The notes: generated from the sequence alone by a model not told the origin. DNA of 64,000 bases from Octopus bimaculoides (GCF_001194135.2 NC_068989.1:84631797-84695796), one strand, 5' to 3'. Shown: positions 25,288-39,122, counted from the first letter of the stretch. Made by a program: numbers and translations.

Positions 25288-26421
25288 ATGTGTGCTCAGG
25301 AGTGACTGTGTGGTAAGAAGCTTGCTTCCCAACCACATGGTTCCGGGTTCAGTCCCACTGCATGGCACCTTGGGCAAGTGTCTCCTACATATAGCCTCAG
25401 GCCGACCAAAGCCTTGTGAGTGGATTTGATAGACGGAAACTGAAAGAAGCCCGTNNNNNNNNNNNNNNNNNNNNNNNNNNNNNNNNNNNNNNNNNNNNNN
25501 NNNNNNNNNNNNNNNNNNNNNNNNNNNNNNNNNNNNNNNNNNNNNNNNNNNNNNNNNNNNNNNNNNNNNNNNNNNNNNNNNNNNNNNNNNNNNNNNNNNN
25601 NNNNNNNNNNNNNNNNNNNNNNNNNNNNNNNNNNNNNNNNNNNNNNNNNNNNNNNNNNNNNNNNNNNNNNNNNNNNNNNNNNNNNNNNNNNNNNNNNNNN
25701 NNNNNNNNNNNNNNNNNNNNNNNNNNNNNNNNNNNNNNNNNNNNNNNNNNNNNNNNNNNNNNNNNNNNNNNNNNNNNNNNNNNNNNNNNNNNNNNNNNNN
25801 NNNNNNNNNNNNNNNNNNNNNNNNNNNNNNNNNNNNNNNNNNNNNNNNNNNNNNNNNNNNNNNNNNNNNNNNNNNNNNNNNNNNNNNNNNNNNNNNNNNN
25901 NNNNNNNNNNNNNNNNNNNNNNNNNNNNNNNNNNNNNNNNNNNNNNNNNNNNNNNNNNNNNNNNNNNNNNNNNNNNNNNNNNNNNNNNNNNNNNNNNNNN
26001 NNNNNNNNNNNNNNNNNNNNNNNNNNNNNNNNNNNNNNNNNNNNNNNNNNNNNNNNNNNNNNNNNNNNNNNNNNNNNNNNNNNNNNNNNNNNNNNNNNNN
26101 NNNNNNNNNNNNNNNNNNNNNNNNNNNNNNNNNNNNNNNNNNNNNNNNNNNNNNNNNNNNNNNNNNNNNNNNNNNNNNNNNNNNNNNNNNNNNNNNNNNN
26201 NNNNNNNNNNNNNNNNNNNNNNNNNNNNNNNNNNNNNNNNNNNNNNNNNNNNNNNNNNNNNNNNNNNNNNNNNNNNNNNNNNNNNNNNNNNNNNNNNNNN
26301 NNNNNNNNNNNNNNNNNNNNNNNNNNNNNNNNNNNNNNNNNNNNNNNNNNNNNNNNNNNNNNNNNNNNNNNNNNNNNNNNNNNNNNNNNNNNNNNNNNNN
26401 NNNNNNNNNNNNNNNNNNNNN

Positions 26422-26462
<41 letters not shown>

Positions 26463-27012
26463 TTGATAGATAGATAGATATGTGTTTCTGCGTATCTTTT
26501 ACACACACATAAAACATACACACACACACTTTGCTTTTCGTCATAAAATTTACTTTGAACTGCCAACCCCTTCCCCCTCCGCCTCTTGTTAGTGATCCTT
26601 TTCTCTGGGTTGCAAGGTACAACCTGTCGGCAGCAGCAGCAATGATGGTATAGGTAGTGGTGGTGGCGATGGTTGTTTGATGCTGCTCTTACCTCTGTGG
26701 ATTGGTGATTATTGTGACTGCTGAGGGGTGGGGGAGGTCTTGCAGCCCCTTTGAGGTACTGGCATGAACTGATATATAACTCATGTGGGGAGTTTTGAAG
26801 TGTGGAACTTCTTCTGAAGTCTATCTTTTTTTTAATCAATTCACTCTTTTTACCTTTTGATGGAATGGCAGTGGGGAATGGATTAACAGGAAGGATGTGT
26901 GCACAGAGGTGTGGTGGTGGGGAAGATGTGGGGTGCGATGTTAGTTGGAAGTATGTGTGTCAATGGTGGTGGTGGTGGTGTCAATGGAAAGTGTGGTGAT
27001 GATGACGACAAC

Positions 27013-27045
<33 letters not shown>

Positions 27046-27799
27046 GGCGACAACGTCAGTCACAGTGGTGGAGTGTTTGCAGAAGACAGAACAAGGAACA
27101 ACTTTGTGTTCTTGGTTTTTCTCCGACCCACGCATTTCTCCCTGGATTCTACTATTTGATTTTCACACATTCACACATTCACACAGACACATCGTGAACA
27201 CACACACACACGTTCCAGATTACACAAGTGTTTGCATCTGAATTTATTTTCTTAGTGTGTCTTATTTTGGTATCTGTAGTAGCAGCAGCAGCAGTAGTAG
27301 TGGTGGTGGTAGTAGTAGTTTTAATTAAGCGTCAGGTCAGCCGTAATGAAGCAAGCATGATCAAATATCCCAGCCTTTTATTTACATCTACTAGGACCAC
27401 ATTATCTCCTGTGCTAATCTGCCACTTCTTTTACAAGACAAAAAGTGTGTGGTTTGAGGGAGATTTGGCTTCCATTTCTAGCATGTTTGGTAACTGTGTA
27501 GATGTTCCCGTGGTGGTGGTGGTGGTGGTTTCTAACTTAATACCAGTAAACCACTGGCCATTAAGCCACTAATGTGTTCTTGCCCATTGTGTTAGTATTG
27601 TGCCACTGACCATTAAGCCATTTTAGTAATCCACTATTATGACGCTTCCCAATTCTTTTTCTGCAACCCATTGCTGTGTCTCCCCCCCCCCCTCTCTGCA
27701 ACACAGACTGGGATTCAAAGACGCAATGAAATGGCTGCAGTAAATTTGAACCCAGATTCAGGACAGATAAGAGTAGAGGGAGTGGAGAATTTAATAATG

Positions 27800-28225
27800 G
27801 AAGAGACCATTGTGGTCCAATCTCAGACTAGTCCACCTAGCTGCTAGTAATAGGTACCAGATCAATATAGTTCAGTCTCAGACCACAGTCAATCAAGCTG
27901 TTTAGTAACAGGTACTAGATCTATATCTTTAGTAACAGGTATTAAATGCCAATAACAATACCTGTTCAACAGATCAATGTTGTTTACTCTCAGACAACAT
28001 TCACCAATCAGTAAGCTTGGGTATCTGATGGGTACCAGATCAATATGATACAATCTCAGGCTTTAGTTCACCAAACAGTCAACCCTGGTGTCAGTAACAG
28101 ATAGGTACCAGATCAATGTAGTTCAATGTCAAACCACATTTCACAATCGTTTGGCCTTAGTGTCCAGTGACAAAGTATCAGAGCAAAGTGGTTTAGTCTC
28201 AGATCACTGTCTGCCAATAATGCCT
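27800..28225 (+). repeat. Same degenerate ~65-bp tandem repeat, second locus
   Basis: AGTAATAGGTACCAGATCAATATAGTTCAGTCTCAGACCACAGTC at about 27846-27890, plus further GGTACCAGATCAAT units. Confidence 0.7.
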
Positions 28226-28264
28226 GTTTGCTGTTCTTGTCATTTGATCCAATCTCTAGTCTGA

Positions 28265-28510
28265 ATTGTAGAGGCATGTGATCTAATGGTTAGGGTGTTG
28301 CACTAACCATTAGGCCACAGAAGATTGTGGTCTTGATTCCCAGACCAGGCGGTGCATCGTGTTCTTGAGCGAAACACTTTGTTTCACATCACTCCAGTTT
28401 TCTCAGCTGTAAATGAGTAACCCTACAATGAACTGGCATCCTGATCAGGAGCAATGTCGTGATCTCAGTCATTTAAACCCCATGAAAACTAAGTAACCAG
28501 CCCTATGAAT
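28265..28510 (+). mobile_element. SINE family D. Head-only copy at about 4310-4445 (-); fragment at about 59690-59775 (-)
   Basis: GGCATGTGATCTAATGGTTAGGG head, TTCTTGAGCGAAACAC...CTCAGCTGTAAATGAGTA centre. Confidence 0.75.
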
Positions 28511-29328
28511 CCTAGGCAGCGCTGGATTAATCATTATTGCATGCCACCAGCATGGGACCCAGTCAGGCAGCACTGGCATCAGCCACAACTACAATTTCCA
28601 TTTGATTGTGGTTTGATTTGATTTTGATGGGGGCACCAAAATGTTTTAAATGCTTAGGGTCTCTATGAGTCCAAGGGACTCAAGACAGTGAGGTGCAGGA
28701 GACTTACTTTTTACTACTTTACTAGTTCTAATTACAGATTGCTGCAGGAATGACTGCTATGTACAACTATAACAACAACAGGATTTTCTTTGCTAATCCC
28801 TTTACACTCACAAACACACAGATGTGAGTCCCCTCCCGTCCTCCACTCAGTTGCCAAGATACAATCCTACCACTGACCTTTAACTTCACACACCTTGTCA
28901 TATGAACAGTTGTGAGCCTCTGTAACCCCTGGCAACCAACATTGCCATTCCCCCCCCCCATCCACTCCCACATATCTAGTGAATTGAAGCACTGAAAATT
29001 AAACAGGCCTTAAACCCTTGTACTTAGGTTAAAAATTAAACAGGATCCTTAAAACTGTTTCTTTTGGTGGAAATTCTATATTAGGTTGCTCTTAAAAACA
29101 AACGTTTAAAATAACAAGTTCAGCAATGCAGGATTCTACACAATCATTCAATCTGCTAGAAATGGCAGCAAAGTTCCCCTCAAATGACTCCTTAATGTCT
29201 TTCAACTATGTCCTATTTTGAACAGTACATGTAACTCCCTATAAATGTGTTGAGTACGCTTTCTTTCATTTGTCCAATCACTCGTGTGTGTGTATAGATA
29301 GATAGACAGACTGACAGAGAGATAAATA

Positions 29329-29699
29329 CGAGGGTGAGTCAAAAAGTAATGCCATTTTCTTTAGGACAGGTATAATTACCAGCACAGGAACATGTATCAT
29401 ACATTAAAATGAAGCTGGTCCTCTGTGGATCACATCCCTACTTCTCAACATAGTCACCGTTTCTCTCAATAGCAATGTTCCACCTTCAAATGAGAGCATG
29501 TATCCCTGCCCCGTAAAATTCTGTTGACTGTTCTTTGAGCCATTTCTTCACTACAGTTTTCACTTCCACTTCACTGGAATAATTTAGCGCCTTCAGACTA
29601 TCATCTCCAGGAAAGAGGGTTTGAGAGGCAAACATTATTCCTGTGTTGGTAATTATACCTGTCCTAAACAAAATGGCATTACTTCTTGACTCACCCTCG
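29329..29699 (-). mobile_element. Internally deleted mariner element
   Basis: TA TSDs at 29327-28 and 29700-01; ~65-bp near-perfect TIRs starting CGAGGGTGAGTCAA. Minus-strand remnant LKALNYSSEVEVKTVVKKWLKEQSTEFYGAGIHALI*RWNIAIERNGDYVEK* matches the mariner transposase C-terminus. Confidence 0.9.
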
Positions 29700-29714
29700 T
29701 AGACAGATAGATAA

Positions 29715-29928
29715 GGCTGCAAGCTGGTAGAACCATTAGCACACCGGGCGAGATGCTAGGCAGTATTTCGCCTGTCTCTATGTCCTGAGTTCAAACTCCG
29801 CCACGGTCAACTTTGCTCTTCATCCTTTCAGGGTCTATAAATTAAGTACCAGTTGTGTACTGGGGGTCAATCTAATTGACTGGCCTCCTCTCCAAAAATT
29901 TTGGGCCTTGTGCCTAGAGTAGAAAAGT
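29715..29928 (+). mobile_element. SINE B. Further copies at about 4195-4310(-), 32990-33085(-), 53865-54255(+, two), 56040-56180(-), 59775-59962(-), 60538-60700(+), 60895-61082(-)
   Basis: CTGAGTTCAAACTCC...TTTCATCCTTTC...AAGTACCAG family motifs. Confidence 0.85.
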
Positions 29929-30373
29929 ATATAGATAGATAGATAGATAGATAATCTTTTGTCTTTTATTTGTTTTAGCCATTAGGTTGTGGCCATGCTG
30001 GAGCACTACCTTGAAAAAATTGTTAGTTGAAGCAATTGACCCCACTACTTAATTATATACGTATAATTCTAGATTACAGATACATTGGTCACTAATGGAA
30101 TACCCTTAATCACAGTTCTGCTGGTTTGTGGTTGACCCGGGGCTAAGCAACAACAACAACACGTGAATAATTGATTTGGAGTAAAACCTTGCTGTAACCT
30201 TAATCGTGTTATCGGTGTAGGTGGTGGTTGTGGTGGTGTGGTAGTGGTTGTAGTGGTGGCTGCAGCTGCTGGTTAAATCCCCAGTAATGTTTATAAACAT
30301 TTGCTGCTACTCTCACCTGCAGTTTAGTGAGAAAGAAAGAGGAGAATGCCAAGGACATTGAGATGGATCAACC

Positions 30374-30420
<47 letters not shown>

Positions 30421-30702
30421 ACTCTCTCCTTCTCTCTCTTTCTCCTCCTCTCTCCCTCTCTTCTCTCAATATACAGGGGACATATTCTGAAATGATAGGT
30501 GTATGTGTTGTAGGAGATGGTCTCACCAATGTCCACAGTGTCACCCTGGATGATGTTTAGTTACATAAGAGTGTGTGTGGAGGAGGGGTACAGCATCTCT
30601 CTCCTCTCACTCTCACTCCCCCCTCTCTCTGTGCCTCTCTCTTTCTTTCACTCTCACTCTCTTCTCATCATTTACATACACAGACACATATTCATATACA
30701 CA

Positions 30703-30872
30703 CAGTACTATCTTAAGGCACAAGCGTACAATGCAGTGGCCCAGGGGCCTCACAAATCTAGGGCCCCACTTCCGGTCTATGTATGTTGTGCGCTTGCTGT
30801 CAGTAAATAAATACTATAGGGCTCAGTGCATTGATTTTTCAAGGGATCTAGAATACTGCTAACATGGTCCTG
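30703..30872. mobile_element. Degenerate hAT-like MITE
   Basis: Termini CAGTACTATCTTAA / CTAACATGGTCCTG, flanked by 8-bp TATACACA / TATAAACA (7/8, hAT-sized TSD). Confidence 0.55.
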
Positions 30873-31073
30873 TATAAACACACATATATATATGTAACAT
30901 CATCATCATCATCGTTTAACGTCCGTTTTCCATGCTGGTATGGGTGGGACGGTTTGCAACTATTAGGCTCAAGCTCAGTCTGCTGGACAACACTTTGAGC
31001 AAGAGTCCTTTATTATAACTCAAAGCTGACCAAAGCCTTGTGAGTGAATTTGGAAGACAACCACCTCCCCCTG

Positions 31074-31141
<68 letters not shown>

Positions 31142-31470
31142 GCAGTCAGTTACGTTTTTGGATGTCTGTGTGCGTCCTTGAAAATTATTCAGTTTAATAG
31201 CAGTGGTGCCGCTATTTCCCCCCATTCGCAAATCTTTTGAGGGGTTTTGTGCCATTGAAAACATGTGGAGTAAGAGATCCCTAATCTGTGAAAGAAGTAA
31301 GGGTCTGGCACAGGGAGTGCATCTGGCTGTGAAACAATGCTTCAGTGGTATATTCATCTAACCCATACTAACGTAGAAAAATGGATGAATGAACATTTGA
31401 TCAAACTAAACACTTCCTTGTTGGAATTTATATAAACACACAACACACAAGTAAACATGTGCTTATATAC

Positions 31471-31504
<34 letters not shown>

Positions 31505-32069
31505 AAAGTGTATGTATGTACCTATATGTCTATACCTTTTATCACTGAGAGGAGGAACCATACCACTGACCCTGAGCATGGTGGGAGAAAATTATACAGA
31601 GACCACGTGGTGGTTGTGGTGGTGGTGGTTGTCTGTCTGTCACCACCTTAGAAGTTGTGTGATACAGTGTCAGTGGTAGTATGGGTGGTAGTGAACTGAT
31701 ATGTGTTGTTGTTGTTGTTGAAGTAGTAGTTGTAGTAGTAGTAGTAGTATTGGTGGTGGTGGTGGTGGTGGTGGTGGTAATGGTAATGGTAAGTGCTACA
31801 GTGTGGGTGGTAGCTAGAAAAAAAAATTGTGTCAATGTGTCTCAATTTGTTGTTTTAAGTATATTTGTAAAGAAACAGCTGTTTGTGTCTGTCATGTCAG
31901 AATGGCATAGACTGATGACTGATGGTGGGGTGGGGGGAGGTTCTGAGAGGAGGGGGGAAGGAGAGGACACATATAAATAGTGTATAAAAAGGGTCCAACA
32001 AGCTGTGTCCTCCTGAACCTTCATAATCCAAGCTGTGTACTTCGAGAGTCTTTGTCTGAGGAATTATGG

Positions 32070-32335
32070 GTAGGAGATCCCATGCATGTTTTCTATGTGG
32101 ACAGGCGTATGAATGAGGACAGCTGCATAAAGAAGTGCTGAACTCTAATTGAGGAGGGTACCTGTGGAAGGGGTAGGTCCAGGAAGACGTAAGACAAAGT
32201 GGTGAGAAAGGATCTTAGGATGCTGGCCCTCACTGAGGAAATGATAAGGAACCAGGAGATGTGGTGATTTGCTGTACTTGATAAGACATGTCAAGCTAAA
32301 TAAAATCGTTGTCTTCCACACATACAAGCTTGCCC
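32070..32335 (+). pseudogene. RTE LINE ORF2 C-terminal remnant (same family as 17630)
   Basis: Nucleotide match to the reverse complement of about 17660-17860 (GAGGGTACCTGTGGAAGGGG...GTGGTGAGAAAGGAT). Confidence 0.8.
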
Positions 32336-32589
32336 TTGAGGTGAACCGAGTGTGGTGTACAGTCACCAGTGAACAGAGTTTGGTATACACTCAACAATGA
32401 ACAGACATGTGGGGAAGACAATACTGTTGTCAACAGATACTCATAGTACCACTCGCCACCACCACCACCACCACAATTATATCCGAAGTCATCACTATCA
32501 TCATCATCATCAATATCATTTTATTCATGCTATAATTGTGACCATCATCATTAACAACAACTCTAATTTTGAAATATATCGGCTTGCCA

Positions 32590-32985
32590 ACAGTACGGAG
32601 CCAGTCGGGGGGTACTGGCATTGACCACAATCGGATGGTGCTTTTTACATGCCACCAGTACAGGAGCCATTGGTGGGGCACTGGCATTGACCACGTTCTG
32701 AAGGTGCTTTTTATGCGTCACCAGCATGGGAACCAATCGGGGGGCACTGGCATCAACTATTTTCGGACAGTGCTGCCTGACTGGCTCCCGTGCTGGTGGC
32801 ACGTAAAAACACCCACTACACTCTCAGAGTGGTTGGCATTAGGAAGGGCATCCAGCTGTAGAAACCTTGCCAGATCAGATTGGAGCTGGTGCAGCCTCCT
32901 GGTTTGCCAGCCCTCAGTCAAACCATCCAACCCATGCCAGCATGGGAAGCAGACATTAACCAATGATGATGATGATGATGATGTT
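32590..32985 (+). mobile_element. Family C copy with about four ~60-bp repeats
   Basis: Same terminal module and (GAT)n tail. Confidence 0.85.
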
Positions 32986-33342
32986 GGTATCAGATTTTGG
33001 CACAAGGTCAACAACTTTAAGGGAGTACTGTAAGTCGATTACATTGACCCCCCAGTACTCGACTGGTGTTTATTTTATTGACCCTCCCCCCCGAAAGGAG
33101 GAAAGGNNNNNNNNNNNNNNNNNNNNNNNNNNNNNNNNNNNNNNNNNNNNNNNNNNNNNNNNNNNNNNNNNNNNNNNNNNNNNNNNNNNNNNNNNNNNNN
33201 NNNNNNNNNNNNNNNNNNNNNNNNNNNNNNNNNNNNNNNNNNNNNNNNNNNNNNNNNNNNNNNNNNNNNNNNNNNNNNNNNNNNNNNNNNNNNNNNNNNN
33301 NNNNNNNNNNNNNNNNNNNNNNNNNNNNNNNNNNNNNNNNNN

Positions 33343-33396
<54 letters not shown>

Positions 33397-33671
33397 CCTA
33401 AGCTTGTTCTCTGGTCAGCCTCACCTTTCCACACTACCAGAAAGATCCGTCGCAGGCACCTACCCACCTCCTCGCCCCTTATACACACCACAACCACCGC
33501 CACCGCCACCATCATCATCACCAAAATCACACACCAAGTGGTGTGACAATTGCTAGTCTAGATATTACCCCACCCTTGTGGTATTTGTCCATACCATCAC
33601 AGCAGCCTTCTCTCATACACCTCAATTTTACATACCATCACACTGTAGCCTCCTCTCACAAACACAGCCTT

Positions 33672-33708
<37 letters not shown>

Positions 33709-34164
33709 TAGTTTACATACCATCACAGCAACCTACACACACACACACACACACACATCACTATTTTACATACCACAGCACATACACACATTACATCTCT
33801 ACTTCACATATAGTCACATGTACGTCTGTTTATTTTACACATCGCATTAATGTCACACGCATACATACACACACACACAGCATACACCACAAACACACAC
33901 ACAACCATTGCACTTGTTGTCACTGCAACCGTTATTATAGTTGTTGTCGCCGTTGTTGGCAATTTGTCCTCTTTGGTGTTCTTGTGCTGAAGTTCTCACT
34001 AACATTTTCCCAGACATTAAAATTCTATTCCACATTGCTATACACAACATATAAAGGAAACTGTGGGTACTGACACATAAGTGTGCATCACACACACACA
34101 CACACACATATGCAAGTGTGTAAACTTATACATATGTGTGTGTGTGTGTGTGTGGCATCATCAT

Positions 34165-34655
34165 CATCATCATTTAACATCTGTTGTCCATGCAAGCATG
34201 GGGTGAATGGTTTGACTGGGCTGGCATGCCGGAAGGCTGCACCAGGATCCAGTCTGATTTCAAATGGTTTTCTACGGCTGGATGCCCTTCCTAATGCCAA
34301 CCACTCCAAGAGTGTAATGGGTGCTTTTATGTGTATCTGCCATGACTGCAGTTTTGCTCAGCTTGATGGGTCTTCTTCTCAAACACAACATAATGCCAAA
34401 GGTCTTTGTCATTGCCTCTGTGAGGCCCAACACTTGAAGGGAGTTCAGCCACCTTGCCTTCATGAGGCCTGCTCGAAAGGAACTCAGCCACCCCACCTCC
34501 ATGAGGCTGCTGGAAAGGAACTCAGCCACCTGGCCTCCGTGAGGCCCACTCGAAAGGAACTCAGCCACCTCGCCTCCATGAGGCCAGCTTGAAAGGAACT
34601 CAGCCACTTTGCCTCCATGTGATCTGCTCGAAAGGAACTCAGTCGTCTTCCATGC
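34165..34655 (-). mobile_element. RTE 3' end (VLGLTEAMTK) plus family C tail, preceded by a 39-bp VNTR
   Basis: Five full units and one partial of GAAAGGAACTCAGCCACC...GAGGCC at 34436-34650; tail motif AGGAAGGGCATCCAG. Confidence 0.75.
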
Positions 34656-35799
34656 TCGCTGCAGTGCCTACAGACTTGACCAGACAATGCAAAGTTGCCT
34701 CACCAGTGATTGCACAGCCTGGGACTTTAGCTCCAGTAAGGCTTGCATAGCTACCTCACAGATTCTCTCGACGACCCTAATGGCATGATCCAAAGACAAG
34801 CCAGGGCAGGATATCCAGTACCAATATGGGACAGCGTCAGAAATGTGGGAATTCCATGATCTCAAGTGCAAGCAAAGGATCCCTAAAATGTTCAATACCA
34901 TTCCCTGCATATCTGGTTTTTATATCTGAGTGAACTTCTAGAGTCATGCTTTAACAAGACCCGAGAGATGCCTCACTCCCAGTGGTCTTTCAGCATGCCA
35001 GACACCAACTTGGAATTTCTGAGTGCCCATGGTTTTGCTACGTAGTCATTGAACCAACACTAGGTTCATCCATCCTTTTGAAAGGTCTTGTTTCAAGAAG
35101 CCATCCTCATCAGGCTCTCTGCACTCCACTGTCGCTGCAGTCTTTCCCCGCTGTTGAACCATGAAGATCTCCCCTACATAATCTGCCAGATCTAGTCTTC
35201 ACATGCAGAGGTAGGCAAGCCCTAGTATGCATCCTATATATGCAATGAGTCAATCACAGCTATGAACAATTTGTCACAATTGTGGCTATTATACTTAGCC
35301 AGTGCTTCAAGGTCACTAATTATACCTTCTCTCTATGAAGATGGCTACTTCTGTTTTTGATAGATCCAGGTAGTCCAGCTGAAGCACTTCTCCATTAACT
35401 GTCTTTCTACTAACTCATGCTGTTTGTGGCCACAAATATGTCACTATCTGTTAATAGACAATACAGTTATGTGTCTAATGAAATGCACAGTTTCTTTATA
35501 TACTTTAAGTGTGTGTGTGTGTGTGTGTGTATTGATGTGACTTTATGTGCATGTGTGTATATTTATGTACTTTGAATTTTGCATGTTTATCTCGCTCTCT
35601 CTCTCTCACACACACAGGCATATAAGCACTGAGATATCTGGTGCCTTGCTGTACTCAAGAATGCCTGCTCACCACAGCAGAATTGATATCCTCATCAACC
35701 TTGGTTAATGCTCTTCTTCCCAGCTGAAGAGGTTTTTGTCTTGCAAATTACTTATTGACCCTATTGGTGATGGTACCACATTAAAAAAAAAAAACAGCA

Positions 35800-36195
35800 C
35801 CTGTGCCAGGGCCATGTAAGAAGCACTCAGTACACTTTGTAAGGTGGTTGGCATGAGGAAGGGCATCCAGTTGCAGAAACCAAGCCAAAATTGAAGGCTG
35901 GAATCTGGTGCAGCTCTCCATCTTGCCAGCTCTGGCCAAACCATTCAACTTATGCCACCATGGAAACTTATGACGCAGATACTGGTGTCACACAAAGTGG
36001 CACCCATGCCAGTGGCATGTAAAAGCACTCATTACACTCTCAGAGTGGTTGGTGTTAGGAAGGGTATCCAGCTGTAGAAACCATGCCAAATCAGACTGGA
36101 GCCTGGTGCAGCCTTCCAGCTTACCAGCCCTGGTCAGACTGTCCAACCCATGCCAGCATGGACAACGGACGATAAATGGTGATGATGATGATGAT
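35800..36195 (+). mobile_element. Two tandem family C copies
   Basis: Terminal module at about 35815-35970 and again at about 35985-36195. Confidence 0.8.
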
Positions 36196-36309
36196 ATATA
36201 TATAAATAAATAAATATATATATATATCATTTTCATGTTGAGTTATATTAAAATGAAGATGAGAGATAGGAGGTGAAGGGGAAGGGTGGAAGAGAAAGGG
36301 ACACACACT

Positions 36310-36449
<140 letters not shown>

Positions 36450-37153
36450 ACAACAATATCAACCATAGTAAAAGTTACATTGAAATGAAGGATTACTCGA
36501 AACATCCGTAGAGTGCATGTCATTTCTTGCCCAAGAAGTCACAGTAAACGCTATTCTTGCTGGGGAAAATATATCACTGGATCGTACGTGTGTGTGTGTG
36601 TGTATCGTAAAGGTACTATTTTCTCTCCCTGATCATGCATACACAATCTCTCTCTCTCTCTTCCCCTCTCTCTCTTCCCCTCTCTCTCTTCCCCTCTCTC
36701 TCTCCCTCCCGTCCACCCCTTTTCACTCGCTTTCACTCACTCTCACCTTTTGATCTATTTATTACTCATCTCTCCACCTTTATTCTCTTTCAGCTGACTA
36801 CTTCCCCCTCCCCCTTATTCTTATTCTAATTCTCTATCTCACCTCTCACCCTCTCTTTTTCTCAGCTCTTTCTCTCCTTTCTCTCCCTCCTTTTTCTTCC
36901 TTCCTCTCTCTCTCTCTCTCTCTCCCCCTTTTTCACCTCCCTGCTTTTTTGTTGATTGATTTAACTAGATTTGAAAGAGCGGTGGTGTTACCTCTGCGCC
37001 TGCACATAGATACACATACGCCTATACACAACATGTACATACAGTCACACACACACACACATTCATATCTACATTCATATATAAAGCCATATATTTACAC
37101 ACACTTACGTATTGGCAAATATAATAATCAGTCACACACTCATACATGCAGTC

Positions 37154-37201
<48 letters not shown>

Positions 37202-37212
37202 GNNNNNNNNNN

Positions 37213-37250
<38 letters not shown>

Positions 37251-37910
37251 CGCACACACACAGTCACATACATATAGATACATAAACACAGTTTATGCAA
37301 TTACACCAATTTACTATGGTAGTTGTTATTAGTGTGTGTGTGACAGTGTGTGTGTCCCTTTCTCCTCCTCCCCTCCCCCTTCACCTCCTATCTCTCATCT
37401 TGCAAAAACATCATTGAAGAAAAGCTGACGATAAAGACGGGGGGTGGGTGGCGAAGAGGTTGTTTATAAATAGTAAGGTAAGGCGGGGGGGGGGGAACTA
37501 ACGGTGGTGGTGGTGGTAGAAGAAAGGTGATAAATGAATGAGGAAATTGTGGGGGCAGGATTTTAAAAAAAAATTGAGGAGTAGGAGGAAGAGGAGGAGG
37601 AGAAAGTAAAAGGAAGTTGAAAATAGGAAATTGGTTAAAATCTGTATGAATGTGTATGTGTGTGTGTTGTGTTGTGTATGTATGTGTGTGTGTGAGTGAG
37701 AGAGAGAGAGAGAGAAAGTAGAAAGTATTTCAAAGAATGAGATATAAATAAGGTGAAAGAAGGAAAAATAGGGCTTCGATAGTGAAGAGGGGGGGAGGAT
37801 ACATTGATGATGTATGGAGGTGGGTTATTAAGAATAGAAGTGAATCTGTACAATTGTATACACGCACGCACGCACGCGTACGCATGTCCATTCTACTACA
37901 CACACATGAT

Positions 37911-37924
37911 GTTGCCATGCCAAC
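37911..37924 (-). promoter_or_regulatory. RFX X-box-like motif
   Basis: GATGTTGCCATGCCAACATC near-palindrome (GTTGGCATGGCAAC on the minus strand). Confidence 0.3.
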
Positions 37925-39122
37925 ATCGAAGTTAAGGGATTCATCCATTATGTTCTTTCTCCTATTGTTTTCAGTTGATGTTGTTCCTGTTTCTGTTGTT
38001 GTTGTTGTTGTTGTTGTTTTTGGCGATGCTTAGTACTGCCCTATCCGCCCCGCCCCCCCCCTCCCCGCATCACCAACCACCAGAAACAATGCTATGCACC
38101 ACCAGTAGCACAACCAAAGCCATTACTTCCGCAACCACTACCACCATCAAAACCATCCATACCTATGCTGCCACCAGCATCATTACCGCAACCTGAACCA
38201 GTGAGGTTTGTTCTACGCGGTCACTTCGGTTGCTAGAAATTGCAGGCAAATTTCCCTCGTGTTCATGTTGTACCATTTTAGAAAATGATTGTTGAATAAT
38301 GCAGTGCTGAATTCCAGTTCCCTTTTATACAGGAAAAAGACAGGATGGTCACAGTCGGAATGTCTTTGGTCATAGGTCTTAGCTAAGTGTCTTACTTGGG
38401 GTTTAAATTACAGCAGCAACAATACTGCTCCCCCACTTTCACTCTCACACTGTAACCCCTAATGTAATTGCTATCACACTAACTCCACTACCTTAAGCAG
38501 TGATAGTGGTGGTGGTGGTGGTGGCGGTGCTGGTGCTACTTGTAGTGGTGATGGTGGGGGAGGAGGAGTGAGGTAGGAGCTGTACCAGTGTTGCAGTAAC
38601 AGCAGCAGCAAAGTTCTTGCCGCTGATTCTTCAGTTGGAATCTTAACCGACTCCCTGCCAGAGCAGGAGTGGAGAGGAAATTCCTGCTAAGTTATCCTGG
38701 TTTCTGGTAGGACCTACTTTTACTATTCTTAACTCTTTTAATTCTTAACGCAGAGATGTAGTAGTGGTAGTGGTGGCGGTAGTGGTGCGAGTGAAGGAGG
38801 GGCACAGTCACAAAACTAATACCACCACCACTATCACCATCACCGCCATCACCACCACCACTACTGCAAGCCACAAACAGATGAGACTGTTTGCTCCTTC
38901 CACCACCGCTCTGACAACCAAATTTGTTTTACATCCTCGTACATTCTTTGATGCTTCTTACTGATGGATATCTGTCAAGAGATTGTGGCACTGCTGGGGC
39001 AACATCTTCATAAATTTTAGTCAATGACATAACCATTGGGCTTATTTTTGTCAGTCCTCTCTGTTTATTCAATGATTAAATCCATATACATCTTAGTTTC
39101 ATCTCTTCAGGAATGTAACAAA

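Noticed and set aside
35085-35120. Minus-strand CTGATGAG...GAAAC
   Set aside because: No valid stem II or stem III can be formed.
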